62,944 nucleotides of DNA. Origin: Clostridium sp. Lineage in GTDB: Bacteria; Bacillota; Clostridia; Lachnospirales; Lachnospiraceae. A program made the position numbers and the translations under genes. Below, one piece after another: positions 38,934 through 49,133 of the stretch (positions are counted from its first letter, which is position 1; each line of letters starts with the position of its first letter). The notes beneath the pieces are model-generated. The model ran no database searches. It was not told the DNA's origin and worked only from the letters and a program-made list of their open reading frames with translations. The stretch covers positions 1 to 62,944 of the forward strand of contig JAMPGS010000001.1 in assembly GCA_023663815.1 (NCBI GenBank). The letters run 5' to 3'.

Positions 38934-39932
38934 ATGTTATTAGACAACAAGACAATTTTAATTACCGGCGGGACAGGCTCTTTCGGGAAATGTTTTACAA
39001 AATATGTATTGACGCATTATCAGCCTAAAAAGGTTATTATTTATTCAAGAGACGAGTTTAAGCAGTTCAATATGCAGAACGAGTTTAAGGAGTATGGAGA
39101 TAATCTGCGATTTTTTATCGGGGACGTGAGAGACAAGGAGAGATTGAAAAGGGCCTTTGAGGGAGTGGATTACGTGATTCATGCGGCGGCGCTGAAGCAG
39201 GTGCCCACCTGCGAGTATAATCCCAACGAGGCCATCAAGACCAATATTCACGGCGCGCAGAATGTGATTGACGCCGCGCTGGATTCCAACGTAAAAAAAG
39301 TGGTGGCGCTTTCCACCGACAAGGCGGTCAATCCGGTGAACCTTTACGGCGGGACAAAGCTGGTTTCCGATAAGCTGTTTATTGCCGCCAACGCCTATGC
39401 GGGAACAAAGGACATTAACTTTTCCATTGTCCGTTACGGAAATGTGGCGGGCAGCCGGGGCTCTATTATTCCGTTGTTTAATAATATCATCAAAAACGGC
39501 GGTAAGGAGCTTCCCATCACCGATTACCGGATGACCCGTTTTTGGATTAGTCTGACTGAGGGAGTGGAGCTTGTGATTAAGGCTTTGGAGGAAGCCACCG
39601 GCGGGGAGACGTTTATCAGCAAGATACCTTCCTTTAAGGTGACGGACTTGGCGGAGGCGATGCTGCCGGGCTGCAAGATGCCCGAAGTGGGTATCCGCCC
39701 GGGGGAAAAGCTCCACGAAATCATGGTGACGGTGGAGGATTCCCACACTACTTACGAGTATGACAAGCACTTTATCGTTTATCCGCAGGTGGTTTGGAAC
39801 AACAAGCAGAAGATGAATTTAAGCGGCCGGAAGGTGGAGGAAGGCTTTTCCTACAGCTCAGGAAACAATAAAGAATGGCTCAGCGTGGAGGATATCCGCG
39901 GATTGCTTGAAAAGTTGGATTTGGAGAGGTAA
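38934..39932 (+). CDS. pseB: UDP-N-acetylglucosamine 4,6-dehydratase (inverting)
   Basis: TGGTGSFG, YSRDEFKQ, AAALKQVP, LSTDKA, YGGTK, RYGNV, MTRFWI, RPGEKLHE. Confidence 0.9.
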   Translation: MLLDNKTILITGGTGSFGKCFTKYVLTHYQPKKVIIYSRDEFKQFNMQNEFKEYGDNLRFFIGDVRDKERLKRAFEGVDYVIHAAALKQVPTCEYNPNEAIKTNIHGAQNVIDAALDSNVKKVVALSTDKAVNPVNLYGGTKLVSDKLFIAANAYAGTKDINFSIVRYGNVAGSRGSIIPLFNNIIKNGGKELPITDYRMTRFWISLTEGVELVIKALEEATGGETFISKIPSFKVTDLAEAMLPGCKMPEVGIRPGEKLHEIMVTVEDSHTTYEYDKHFIVYPQVVWNNKQKMNLSGRKVEEGFSYSSGNNKEWLSVEDIRGLLEKLDLER

Positions 39933-40011
39933 AGAATTAAGCGGGGAGAGCATATAATGTAACAGCGCAGGCTTGCGAGTTTAGGGGAGGGAGTGCAGAC
40001 AAAGGGAAAAT

Positions 40012-41052
40012 ATGGATATAAAAATAGAAGAAAATTATCTGGCGAAAGCGATGGAGCTTCACAAAAATACCCCGGTGGTGGATGCCCACCTAGATTTGGC
40101 GGGAGAAATCCTTTTGAGGAATCAGGGGGGAGAAAAAGAGGTTATCAAGAATCACTATCTGGATAGTTTCCAAAAAGCCGGGATAAGGCTTGTGGTGTCC
40201 TCCGTTTTTGTGGAGACGGGAAATTTGGATAAAAGCTGGCAGAACGCATTGGACCAGATAACCGCGCTTAAGGAGGATATCAAGGGGCTTGCAAAGGTCG
40301 TGCAGGTGGAAAGCAGCGGGGATATTGACAGGGCCTTGGAGGAAGGTAAAATCGGGATTTTGCTTTATATGGAAGGTCTTGACTGTATTGGAGAGGATAT
40401 CGATAAGCTGGATACCTTGTATTCCCTTGGCGTAAGAGGGGCTTCCCTCACATGGAGCAGACCTAACGCCTTGGCCTGCGGGTGCTGCTCGGCGGTGGAG
40501 CATAAGCAGGTTCCGGGCGGCTTGAGCGAGGCCGGAAAAAGGGCGGTAAAGCGGATGGAGGAGCTGTCCATGTTCCTTGATGTGAGCCATTTAAACGACG
40601 ACGGCTTTGACGATGTGTGCGGGGTAGCGGAAAAAAGCTTTATTGCCACTCACTCCTGCAGCAGAAGGGTGTTCGACAGCTTTCGGAATTTAACCGACGG
40701 CCAGATGCGCCGTCTGGCGGCTCAAGGAGGAATTATGGGCGTCAACGGATGCCAGTGTATTGCAGGCTCCCTTCGGGGCAATCACCTGGAAATGTTGTGC
40801 AGGCATTTGGAATATGAGGCGGAGGCAATTGGAGCGGAGCACGCGGGCTATGGCTTTGACCTCTGCGATTCCTATGGTGAGGCGAGGGCTTTGCTGCGGG
40901 GCGAAAAATGTGAGGAGAGAGGCGATTGTCTTTTAAATCATGGGCAGACGCCGCTGGTTACGGCGGCCCTCCTGCAAAGAGGAATGAGTGAGGAAAACGT
41001 GAAGAAAATTATAGGAGAGAATTTTTTGGAGTATTTTAAGGGGATGCTGTGA
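40012..41052 (+). CDS. Membrane dipeptidase family (M19)
   Basis: DAHLD, MEG, LTWS, DVSHL, ATHS, RNLTD, GFD. Confidence 0.88.
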   Translation: MDIKIEENYLAKAMELHKNTPVVDAHLDLAGEILLRNQGGEKEVIKNHYLDSFQKAGIRLVVSSVFVETGNLDKSWQNALDQITALKEDIKGLAKVVQVESSGDIDRALEEGKIGILLYMEGLDCIGEDIDKLDTLYSLGVRGASLTWSRPNALACGCCSAVEHKQVPGGLSEAGKRAVKRMEELSMFLDVSHLNDDGFDDVCGVAEKSFIATHSCSRRVFDSFRNLTDGQMRRLAAQGGIMGVNGCQCIAGSLRGNHLEMLCRHLEYEAEAIGAEHAGYGFDLCDSYGEARALLRGEKCEERGDCLLNHGQTPLVTAALLQRGMSEENVKKIIGENFLEYFKGML

Positions 41053-41065
41053 CATCCCCTTTTTT
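41038..41065 (+). terminator. Intrinsic terminator
   Basis: AAGGGGATG-CTGTGA-CATCCCCTT followed by a T run. Confidence 0.8.
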
Positions 41066-41067
41066 AA

Positions 41068-41145
41068 CGATTGCGCAAAGTGCGGAAAGAAGTTTGCCGC
41101 TGGCGCAGCGCGTATCCGCGCGGCGAGTAGTGAATTCTTCTCCTA
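41068..41145 (+). repeat. Dispersed GC-rich repeat family A, degenerate copy
   Basis: CGATTGCGCA..GCGGAA..TTTGCCGC..GCAGCGCGTATCCGCGCGGCGAGT; shares CCGCGCGGCGAGT with 59296-59380. Confidence 0.6.
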
Positions 41146-41155
41146 TTTATATATA

Positions 41156-42289
41156 TTATTGAATTAAAAACGTGTCCTGCAAAAGCAGCCAGTTTGGCCG
41201 GAAGAACCGCATAATCTGCCAGTAGCCCATGCCTCTTAGGGAGTACTCCGGCAGCAGCGAGAATTTTTCCTTGTAGCTTCGCACGTCCTCAAACCATACC
41301 TCGTGTAGCTGGCCGTCCTTTTCATATTGGAAAAAGGGCGACATGGCGGTTTCGTCAAATTGGATAGTAGCGCTATTGTCTATGGCAATCTGTACCGCTT
41401 CCAAATTGCCGATGGTTCTGGCACGGGAGGAGCCTTGAACGTAGGGCAGCGTCCAGTCGTAGCCGTAGTTGGGGATGCCAAGGTCGATTTTTTCGGGAGG
41501 GATACGGGTGACGGCGTAGTCCACCACTTGGCGGACTTTGTTGACGGGAGCCACGGCCATGGGAGGGCCGTACGTATACCCCCACTCATAAGTCATCAGC
41601 AGCACGCTATCCGCCGCCGCTCCCAAAAGCCCGTAATCCTTTCCTTCATAGAGCAGCCCGGCCTGCCCATCGGAGGTCTTGGGGGCAAGGGCCACCGACA
41701 CATGGTAGCCGTAGGGTCCAAGGAAGCTTTTGGCGTCCGCCACAAAATTCGCAAAAGGAATTCTATCCTCCGGGAGAATATATTCAAAATCAATGTCAAG
41801 CCCCTGAAAACCCTTCTCCTGTAAGGTGGCGAGCAGTCGGGAAAACAAGTTGCTCTTTGCTTCTTCGCTGTTGACTACTGTGGTAATTAAGTGGTTATTA
41901 AAATTCCCGTCAGGCCCGAAAGGGGTCAGCGTGAGGACGGGGTTTACCCCGGCGGAAAGGGTGGAGTGAATCATAAAGCTGTCGTCGAGGGTGGGAGGTA
42001 TCAGTTCGCCTTCCGTTGTAAAGCCATAGGAAAAGACGGATAATGTCGTTAGATAAGGAAGGGTATCGTCCAAAACGCTTTGCTCGATAAAAGGGTAGGC
42101 GTAGCCGTTTACGTGAGCCGGATAGGAGGAGGCAAAGGGCTCCCCCACGGGAAGAAGCAGCGCTTGGCCGACAGCCAGCGGGTAAGGATAAACAAGTTGA
42201 TTGTCAAATATAACAGAAGATACCGGAATTCCATAGCTGTCGGCGATGGAATCTACAGTATCTCCTTTTTTTATTACATATATTTCCAT
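41156..42289 (-). CDS. LysM + GH18 spore peptidoglycan hydrolase (YaaH/SleL-like)
   Basis: One N-terminal LysM; GLDIDFEY (DxDxE), LMTYEWG, HEVWFED. Confidence 0.9.
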   Translation of the reverse strand: MEIYVIKKGDTVDSIADSYGIPVSSVIFDNQLVYPYPLAVGQALLLPVGEPFASSYPAHVNGYAYPFIEQSVLDDTLPYLTTLSVFSYGFTTEGELIPPTLDDSFMIHSTLSAGVNPVLTLTPFGPDGNFNNHLITTVVNSEEAKSNLFSRLLATLQEKGFQGLDIDFEYILPEDRIPFANFVADAKSFLGPYGYHVSVALAPKTSDGQAGLLYEGKDYGLLGAAADSVLLMTYEWGYTYGPPMAVAPVNKVRQVVDYAVTRIPPEKIDLGIPNYGYDWTLPYVQGSSRARTIGNLEAVQIAIDNSATIQFDETAMSPFFQYEKDGQLHEVWFEDVRSYKEKFSLLPEYSLRGMGYWQIMRFFRPNWLLLQDTFLIQ

Positions 42290-42348
42290 AAATATTCCTG
42301 CTACAATTTTTATTTATTATATGCAGGGAAGGGTTTATTTGATTAACA

Positions 42349-42413
42349 GTGGTATCTGAAATGGTATCCGAACAGTATCGAAAGGTATCCAAGGGTATTT
42401 TCAAGGTAAATCC
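42349..42413. repeat. Degenerate 10-12-bp tandem array, about 6 units
   Basis: GGTATCTGAA, GGTATCCGAA, AGTATCGAA, GGTATCCAA, GGTATTTTCAA. Confidence 0.6.
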
Positions 42414-42670
42414 TGTGGCGAACCTTCCACATAAAAATGATTGCCGGTATCAGCTCCTTTTCAAAGAGCAGATAAACCTCGAAGCAGTCGCCCAATGTCT
42501 GCAAACCTCCGCTTGTTCTATTGTCCGCGAAATAAAAATCATTTTATATGGACGGTATTTGTTGCATATTGTATAAAAAAAAATTATAATAAAAGGTAGG
42601 GCAAAAGCAGATAATTATATTGAAAAGCGTAAGCTTTAAAAAGATACAGAAAATTTGTGAGGGAATAGGC

Positions 42671-43642
42671 ATGGACAGAATGGCATTTGAAGAAAAAGAC
42701 AGGACGCCGGAAGAACAGAATGAGATAGTAAGAGAGTGCTGCCAAATGGTAATGGAAACCACGCACGCCTTATTTTTTAAATATAAACCTGAAGAGGATG
42801 AGATAGTTTTTCTCTATAATTTTCCCGACAACCGTTCCCGCAGGATAGTAAAAAATTACCGCGAGTATTTGAGAAAAACAAGCAATGTGCATCCGGACCA
42901 TGTAAAGACGCTGTTGGATATGCTGCACGGGGCTTCCCAAATGATTCTTCAAAGCGAAATGACCTATTTAAAGAGGGGCAGAAGCGGAGGCTATGAGTGG
43001 CACAAGGTGTGGTATACCAGCGTAATGGATACAGAAGAAAATATTCTCGTGTTTGGCAGGATTGAAAATATCCATGATTCCGTTACGGGCAAGCAGGACA
43101 TGATACATAAAATAGAAACGGATTTCTTAACCGGCTTGTATAATAAAGGCGCGGCCACGGAAAAGATAGTGGCGTGGCTGAAGGAAAATCCCTCCAAGGA
43201 AGCTCATTTGATTATGCTGGATTTGGACGATTTTAAGAGCGTAAACGATACCTACGGGCACGCCTTTGGGGACGTGGTGCTGAAGGAGACGGGAAAGGTC
43301 ATCTCGGAGTGCTTTGCGGATAAAGGAATTCTCTCCCGGTTTGGCGGGGATGAATTTATTGTTTTCGTGATGGAGGAGCCTCTGGAAAATGTGGAGGAGC
43401 GGATTGACAAAATGATGAAAAGGCTTGCCGAGGACATTAAGGGCATGGCGCATCCCCTCCATTGCAGCGTGGGCATCACCGCAAGGATTTCGCCGCTGGA
43501 TGAATTTGAGGATTTGTTTAACCGCGCCGACAACGTGATGTACGTGGCGAAGAAAAAAGGAAAGAACCGCTACTTTGTGGATAGAAGGCATACCCCAAGA
43601 CCGGTGCAGCAGGTAATCCACCCGATGGATTTAGACCAGTAA
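42671..43642 (+). CDS. PAS-like + GGDEF diguanylate cyclase
   Basis: DFLTGLYN, DLDDFKSVNDTYGHAFGD, RFGGDEF; no RxxD I-site. Confidence 0.92.
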   Translation: MDRMAFEEKDRTPEEQNEIVRECCQMVMETTHALFFKYKPEEDEIVFLYNFPDNRSRRIVKNYREYLRKTSNVHPDHVKTLLDMLHGASQMILQSEMTYLKRGRSGGYEWHKVWYTSVMDTEENILVFGRIENIHDSVTGKQDMIHKIETDFLTGLYNKGAATEKIVAWLKENPSKEAHLIMLDLDDFKSVNDTYGHAFGDVVLKETGKVISECFADKGILSRFGGDEFIVFVMEEPLENVEERIDKMMKRLAEDIKGMAHPLHCSVGITARISPLDEFEDLFNRADNVMYVAKKKGKNRYFVDRRHTPRPVQQVIHPMDLDQ

Positions 43643-43664
43643 ATTTGGCAGCAGGAGGAAAAAC

Positions 43665-44891
43665 ATGAATAAAACGCAGGCAGTAGAAAAGCTTGCCGCG
43701 AGCGGGCAAAGCCATGTGATGAAATATTTTGACGAGCTTACGAAGGAGCAGCAGGAGCTTTTGCTGGCGCAGATTGAAGCCGTGGATTTTTCGGCGCTGT
43801 CGTCCCTTGGCAGCTTAAAGGACGGAAACGAGCGGGGCGTCATCACGCCCCTTGGAGCCATGCAGCTTTCCCAGATTCGGGAGAAGGAAGCGGAATTTAG
43901 GGCAGTCGGCTTTGAGGCGTTAAGGAAAGGGAAAGTGGGGGCGGTTCTTCTTGCCGGAGGCATGGGCACCAGATTGGGCTCCGACGAACCCAAGGGAGTG
44001 TACGATATTGGAATTACCAAGGAAGTGTATATTTTCCAGCGTTTAATCGAAAATCTTCTTGAGGTGGTAAAAGAAGCGGGGGCTTATGCGCCCCTTTATG
44101 TGATGACAAGCGACAAAAATCATGAGACAACCGTGCGGTTTTTGAAGGAGCACGATTACTTTGGCTATGAGGAAAAGTACGTTACGTTTTTCATGCAGGA
44201 AATGGCCCCGGCCTGCGATGGCGAGGGCAAGGTTTACATGGAGGAAAAGTGGAAGATTTCCACTTCCCCCAACGGAAACGGCGGCTGGTATTCCTCTATG
44301 CACAAATGGGGCGTGGCGCAGAAAGCTATGGAGGACGGCGTGGAGTGGCTGAATGTGTTCGCGGTGGACAATGTTTTGCAAAGAATCGCTGACCCCTGTT
44401 TTGTGGGTGCGGTGATTGCAAATAACTGCGCGTCGGGGGCCAAGGTGGTAAAAAAATGCGCGCCGGACGAAAAAATTGGCGTTATTTGCTTGGAGGACGG
44501 CAGGCCTTCCATTGTGGAATACTATGAGCTCACGGACGAATTGATGAACGCAAAGGATGAAAACGGGGACCCAGCTTACTATTTCGGCGTGATTCTCAAT
44601 TATCTGTTCCGCATAAGCGACCTTGAGAAAATCCGCGAGAGGAGGCTTCCTCTTCACATTGTGGAGAAAAAAATCCCCTATTTGGACGGGGAGGGAAAGA
44701 AAATCAAACCGGAGACGCCCAACGGCTATAAATTTGAGCAGCTTGTTCTGGATATGATTCATGAGCTGGATAGCTGTCTGCCCTTCGAGGTGGAGAGGAA
44801 CAGGGAATTTGCCCCCATAAAGAACAAGACAGGCGTTGATTCCGTGGAAAGCGCAAGGAAGCTCTGTAGGGAAAACGGGATTACTCTTTAA
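43665..44891 (+). CDS. UDPGP type 1 family pyrophosphorylase (UDP-GlcNAc pyrophosphorylase-like)
   Basis: LLAGGMGTRLG..PKG, PNGNGG, VDN, VEYYE, KFEQ, EFAPIKN. Confidence 0.88.
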   Translation: MNKTQAVEKLAASGQSHVMKYFDELTKEQQELLLAQIEAVDFSALSSLGSLKDGNERGVITPLGAMQLSQIREKEAEFRAVGFEALRKGKVGAVLLAGGMGTRLGSDEPKGVYDIGITKEVYIFQRLIENLLEVVKEAGAYAPLYVMTSDKNHETTVRFLKEHDYFGYEEKYVTFFMQEMAPACDGEGKVYMEEKWKISTSPNGNGGWYSSMHKWGVAQKAMEDGVEWLNVFAVDNVLQRIADPCFVGAVIANNCASGAKVVKKCAPDEKIGVICLEDGRPSIVEYYELTDELMNAKDENGDPAYYFGVILNYLFRISDLEKIRERRLPLHIVEKKIPYLDGEGKKIKPETPNGYKFEQLVLDMIHELDSCLPFEVERNREFAPIKNKTGVDSVESARKLCRENGITL

Positions 44892-44997
44892 CATTTTGAC
44901 AGGTTTGGGCAACAGGAACATCTTGCCCGTTTATTAGAAAAGCGGGTAAAATAAAGGCAATAAAGGACAAAAGGATTTTTTAGGAGGAGGCAGTAAA

Positions 44998-46014
44998 ATG
45001 GCAATACTGGTAACAGGGGGCGCCGGGTACATCGGCAGCCACACGGTGGTAGAACTGCAGAACGCAGGTTATGAGGTGGTTGTAGTTGACAACCTGAGCA
45101 ATTCCAGCGAGAAGAGCTTGCAGAGAGTGGAAAAGATTACGGGCAAGCCGGTGACCTTTTATAAAGCGGACATTCTGGACAGGGAAGCGTTAAACGGCAT
45201 ATTTGAAAAGGAAAAAATAGATTCCTGTATTCATTTTGCAGGGCTTAAGGCGGTGGGCGAGTCCGTGCAGAAGCCTTGGGAATACTATGAAAATAATATT
45301 GCGGGCACGTTGACTTTGGTGGACGTGATGAGAAAGCATGGGGTGAAGAATATTATCTTTTCCTCTTCCGCAACGGTTTACGGGGATCCGGCGGAAATTC
45401 CAATTACCGAGGAGTGCCCGAAGGGACAATGCACCAATCCTTACGGCTGGACGAAGTCTATGCTGGAACAGATTTTGACGGATATGCAGAAGGCGGATCC
45501 GGAGTGGAACGTAATTCTGCTCAGATACTTTAATCCTATCGGAGCCCACAAGAGCGGAACCATAGGAGAAAATCCCAACGGTATCCCTAACAACTTGATG
45601 CCTTATATCACGCAGGTAGCGGTGGGCAAGCTGAAAGAGCTGGGCGTGTTTGGAAACGATTACGACACCCCCGACGGAACCGGCGTGAGAGATTACATTC
45701 ACGTAGTTGATTTGGCGGCAGGGCATGTAAAGGCTCTCAAGAAGATTGAGGAAAAGGTGGGCCTTGGCATTTATAATCTGGGAACCGGCGTAGGCTATAG
45801 CGTGCTGGATATTGTAAAGAATTTCGAGGAAGCAACGGGAGTGAAAATTCCTTATGTCATTAAGCCGAGACGCCCCGGCGATATTGCCGCCTGCTATTCG
45901 GACGCTTCCAAGGCAAAGAGGGAGCTTGGCTGGGAGGCCGAGAACGGTATTAAGGAAATGTGCGCGGATTCTTGGAGATGGCAGAGCAATAACCCCAACG
46001 GATATGAGGATTGA
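44998..46014 (+). CDS. galE: UDP-glucose 4-epimerase
   Basis: [44 protein letters not shown]. Confidence 0.96.
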   Translation: MAILVTGGAGYIGSHTVVELQNAGYEVVVVDNLSNSSEKSLQRVEKITGKPVTFYKADILDREALNGIFEKEKIDSCIHFAGLKAVGESVQKPWEYYENNIAGTLTLVDVMRKHGVKNIIFSSSATVYGDPAEIPITEECPKGQCTNPYGWTKSMLEQILTDMQKADPEWNVILLRYFNPIGAHKSGTIGENPNGIPNNLMPYITQVAVGKLKELGVFGNDYDTPDGTGVRDYIHVVDLAAGHVKALKKIEEKVGLGIYNLGTGVGYSVLDIVKNFEEATGVKIPYVIKPRRPGDIAACYSDASKAKRELGWEAENGIKEMCADSWRWQSNNPNGYED

Positions 46015-46046
46015 TAATATAATAATAGGAAGAAACAGAGAAAGAT

Positions 46047-46137
46047 AAATCTTTCATGGAGGAGTTTGTGTCTGCGCTGCATCCACAAACTCTGCAAGCA
46101 TAGATGCTTGTGCAAAAAGTAACGCAGAAATGAGGTA
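46047..46137 (+). repeat. Dispersed palindromic repeat family B, copy 2
   Basis: TTTCATGGAGGAGTTTG..CAAACTC..TTGTGCAAAAAGTAACGCAGAAATGAGG. Confidence 0.55.
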
Positions 46138-46143
46138 AACAAT

Positions 46144-46176
46144 AAAAAACGCCGGTTCGGAGAGGAACCGGCGTTT
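46144..46176. terminator. Bidirectional terminator between galE and upp
   Basis: AAAAAACGCCGGTTC-GGAGAG-GAACCGGCGTTT. Confidence 0.8.
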
Positions 46177-46216
46177 ATCTTATGCATAAGCGAATGGAAA
46201 GAAAAGCTTTCTTGCC

Positions 46217-46272
46217 CGATTGCGGACTGCATATGGAAATTTGCTGCCTTGCGCACGCGCTTCGCGCGACAG
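46217..46272 (+). repeat. Dispersed repeat family A, degenerate copy
   Basis: CGATTGCG..GGAAATTTGCTGCC..GCGCACGCGCTTCGCGCGAC. Confidence 0.5.
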
Positions 46273-46284
46273 ATTTCCTCAGCT

Positions 46285-46932
46285 TTACTTCGTCCCAAAA
46301 ATACGGTCCCCCGCATCCCCAAGGCCGGGGCAGATATAGGCGTGCTCGTTTAGGCATCTGTCCAGATGGCCCACGTAAATTTGAATGTCAGGATGCTCCT
46401 CCCGCAGCCGTTTAAGGCCCTCCGGCGCGGCGATGATGCACATAAACTTAATGTGCCGGCCGCCATGCTGCTTGATGAAGTTTACCGCCTCGGAGCCGGA
46501 GCCGCCGGTGGCAAGCATAGGGTCTAGCACGATGATGGTTCTCTGATCGATGGGCTCAGGGAGCTTACAGTAATATTCATGAGGCTCATGTGTTTCCGGA
46601 TCCCTGTAGAGGCCGATGTGTCCGACTTTTGCGGAGGGAACTAGGGCAAGCATACCGCTCACCATGCCAAGGCCCGCCCGCAGGATAGGCACGATTGCCA
46701 TTTTCTTGCCGGAGATAATAGGCGTCATACAGGTTTCAATGGGGGTCTTGATTTCCACCTCTTCCGTGGGAAGGTCGCCTAGGGCCTCGTAGCCCATCAG
46801 CATGGCGATTTCTTCGATTAATTTTCGGAATTCATTGGTGCCGGTATTCTCGTCGCGCAGACGGGAAATTTTGTGCTGAATCAGCGGATGGGTCAAAATA
46901 AATACATTTTCCATGTTTTCCAGATGTTCCAT
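46285..46932 (-). CDS. upp: Uracil phosphoribosyltransferase
   Basis: [39 protein letters not shown]. Confidence 0.97.
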   Translation of the reverse strand: MEHLENMENVFILTHPLIQHKISRLRDENTGTNEFRKLIEEIAMLMGYEALGDLPTEEVEIKTPIETCMTPIISGKKMAIVPILRAGLGMVSGMLALVPSAKVGHIGLYRDPETHEPHEYYCKLPEPIDQRTIIVLDPMLATGGSGSEAVNFIKQHGGRHIKFMCIIAAPEGLKRLREEHPDIQIYVGHLDRCLNEHAYICPGLGDAGDRIFGTK

Positions 46933-47084
46933 AGTTTACCTCATTTCTTTACTGTTTTATCCATACGTTTTTAGCTACTTAAATTCTAGTGCATGTCCTA
47001 TCGTTAGTCAACTTGAAAATAATGATATTTTTACTTGCAATGAGCGGCGCGAACATATATACTTGTACAGGGTACTTGCAGTAT

Positions 47085-47247
47085 CATGTGCAAGCGGCAT
47101 AAGCAACAGCACATGCAAATGTCACGTACAACAGCATGTGTAAGCGGCATAAGCAACAGCACATACAAATGTTATGTGCAAACGTCACGTGCAACAGCAT
47201 GTGCAAGCGGCATTAGCAGCAGAACATGCAAATGCCATATGCAACAG
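47085..47247. repeat. Three-unit tandem repeat (50, 63 and 50 bp)
   Basis: Unit CATGTGCAAGCGGCATAAGCAACAGCACATGCAAATGTCACGTACAACAG starting at 47085, 47135 and 47198. Confidence 0.85.
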
Positions 47248-47309
47248 CACATGTAGCATATATTGTTGTATGCAAAGCAAAACCACAAAAGAATATGAGG
47301 AGGAAATTT

Positions 47310-48698
47310 ATGATGATGAAACAGCAGGAAGCAATTCGGGACGCCAGAACCCTTGGGATTCCCAAGATGCTGATTCTAGGATTGCAGCACATGTTCGCCA
47401 TGTTTGGCGCGACGATTCTGGTGCCGATTTTAGTAAATGTTTATTTTGAAGGGGAAGGACTTTCGATTCAGGTAACTTTGATTTGCGCAGGGCTTGGAAC
47501 TTTATTTTTCCACCTTTGCTCAAAGATGAAAATACCCGCATTCTTAGGTTCTTCTTTCGCGTTTCTGGGCGGTTTCCAGACGGTGGCTCAATTGGATACG
47601 GGAATTTTCGCCGGAATGAGCATGGGAGAAAAGCTCCCCTATGCCTGCGGCGGTATCGTGGTGGCCGGTCTTTTATATTTGGCGCTGGCCCTCGTTATTA
47701 AGCTGATAGGGATTAAGCGGGTTATGAGGTACCTTCCGCCGGTGGTGACGGGGCCGATTATCATTTGTATCGGACTTTCCCTTGCGCCCTCCGCCATCTC
47801 CAACGCGTCCACAAACTGGCTTTTGGCCCTTATTGCGCTGGGAACCATCATCGTGTTTAATATCTGGGGAAAAGGCATGTTTAAAATTATTCCCATTCTT
47901 ATGGGCGTTGTGATTTCCTATGCGGCGGCGCTGCTCTTAAATGCTTTCGGGTTTACCAACCCGGACGGCAGCGCAGTTTTGAATTTTGCGGGTGTGCAGG
48001 CGGCAAGCTGGGTGGGACTTCCCCCGTTTCAGCTTTGCAAATTTGATTTGACGGCAATCCTTGTGATGGCCCCCATTGCGCTGGCGACGATGATGGAGCA
48101 TATTGGGGACATGTCGGCTATTTCCGCGACGGTAGGCGAGAATTTTATTGAAAATCCGGGACTTCACAGGACGCTGATAGGGGACGGCCTTGCAACGTCG
48201 CTGTCCGCGCTGGTGGGCGGCCCTGCCAACACAACCTACGGTGAAAATACCGGCGTGCTGGAGCTCAGCAAGGTTTACGACCCCAAGGTAATCCGTTTGG
48301 CGGCTATCTATGCGGTTGTATTGAGTTTTATTCCCAAGATGGCTGAGATTATCGGCTCCCTCCCCTCGGCGATTATCGGCGGCGTGAGCTTTATGCTTTA
48401 CGGAATGATTTCCGCTATCGGGGTGAGAAACGTGGTAGAAAATAAAGTGGACTTTACAAAATCAAGGAATTTGATTATCGCCGCAGTGATTTTGGTAAGC
48501 GGCCTTGGCTTCAGCGGCGGCCTTACCTTTGTGATAGGCGGGACGTCAATTACGCTGACAGGGCTTGCAATCGCGGCAATCGCGGGGATTCTCTTAAACG
48601 CGTTCCTTCCCGGAAACGACTATGTTTTCGGCGACAATCCGCAGGGCGACAGGACAAGAGGCGTGGACATGCGCCCGAATTTAAAATCTGAAAAATAA
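47310..48698 (+). CDS. uraA: Uracil permease (NCS2 family)
   Basis: LQHMFAMFGATILVP, GSSFAF, EHIGD, TTYGENTG; divergent from upp. Confidence 0.9.
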   Translation: MMMKQQEAIRDARTLGIPKMLILGLQHMFAMFGATILVPILVNVYFEGEGLSIQVTLICAGLGTLFFHLCSKMKIPAFLGSSFAFLGGFQTVAQLDTGIFAGMSMGEKLPYACGGIVVAGLLYLALALVIKLIGIKRVMRYLPPVVTGPIIICIGLSLAPSAISNASTNWLLALIALGTIIVFNIWGKGMFKIIPILMGVVISYAAALLLNAFGFTNPDGSAVLNFAGVQAASWVGLPPFQLCKFDLTAILVMAPIALATMMEHIGDMSAISATVGENFIENPGLHRTLIGDGLATSLSALVGGPANTTYGENTGVLELSKVYDPKVIRLAAIYAVVLSFIPKMAEIIGSLPSAIIGGVSFMLYGMISAIGVRNVVENKVDFTKSRNLIIAAVILVSGLGFSGGLTFVIGGTSITLTGLAIAAIAGILLNAFLPGNDYVFGDNPQGDRTRGVDMRPNLKSEK

Positions 48699-48705
48699 AA
48701 ATAAA

Positions 48706-48735
48706 GGCGGCCTGCATTTCGCGGGCCGTTTTTTT
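48706..48735 (+). terminator. Intrinsic terminator
   Basis: GGCGGCCTGC-ATTTC-GCGGGCCGTT followed by a T run. Confidence 0.8.
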
Positions 48736-48745
48736 CAAATCTCTC

Positions 48746-48772
48746 TAAAGTCTTTCCAAAATCATCCGATAC
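48746..48772 (+). promoter_or_regulatory. sigma28 (FliA/SigD) promoter of the flgM operon
   Basis: TAAA, 15 bp, TCCGATAC. Confidence 0.8.
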
Positions 48773-48851
48773 ATTTAATGTAATAATTAATGAGGGTAAC
48801 GATAAAATGCACACGGATTGAGAAGTAAAATCCACGGAAGGAGGAATCCGA

Positions 48852-49127
48852 ATGCGTATAGAAGCCTACACACAGGTTCAGCAGGTTTACGATACCAAAA
48901 AGACGGCAAAATCTAGGGCCAAGGGAGGCGTAAGCGCTTCCGACCAGCTACAGATTTCCAGCTTTGGCAAGGATATTCAGACGGCGAAGCAGGCTGTGGC
49001 GGCCAGCAGCGACATCAGGGAAGATGTGACGGCGTCCATTAAGGCCAAGATTCAGTCAGGAAATTATGAGGTGAGTACGGAGAGCTTTGCCGACAGATTG
49101 ATGCAGAAATACGAAGAAATGAGGTAA
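48852..49127 (+). CDS. flgM: Anti-sigma28 factor
   Basis: DQLQISS, DIREDVTASIKAKIQSGNYEVS; first gene of the cluster. Confidence 0.9.
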   Translation: MRIEAYTQVQQVYDTKKTAKSRAKGGVSASDQLQISSFGKDIQTAKQAVAASSDIREDVTASIKAKIQSGNYEVSTESFADRLMQKYEEMR

Positions 49128-49133
49128 TCTCAA

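Noticed and set aside
46144-46176. PyrR-binding loop (GGAGAG loop near upp)
   Set aside because: It lies downstream of upp and galE rather than in a leader, and fits a bidirectional terminator
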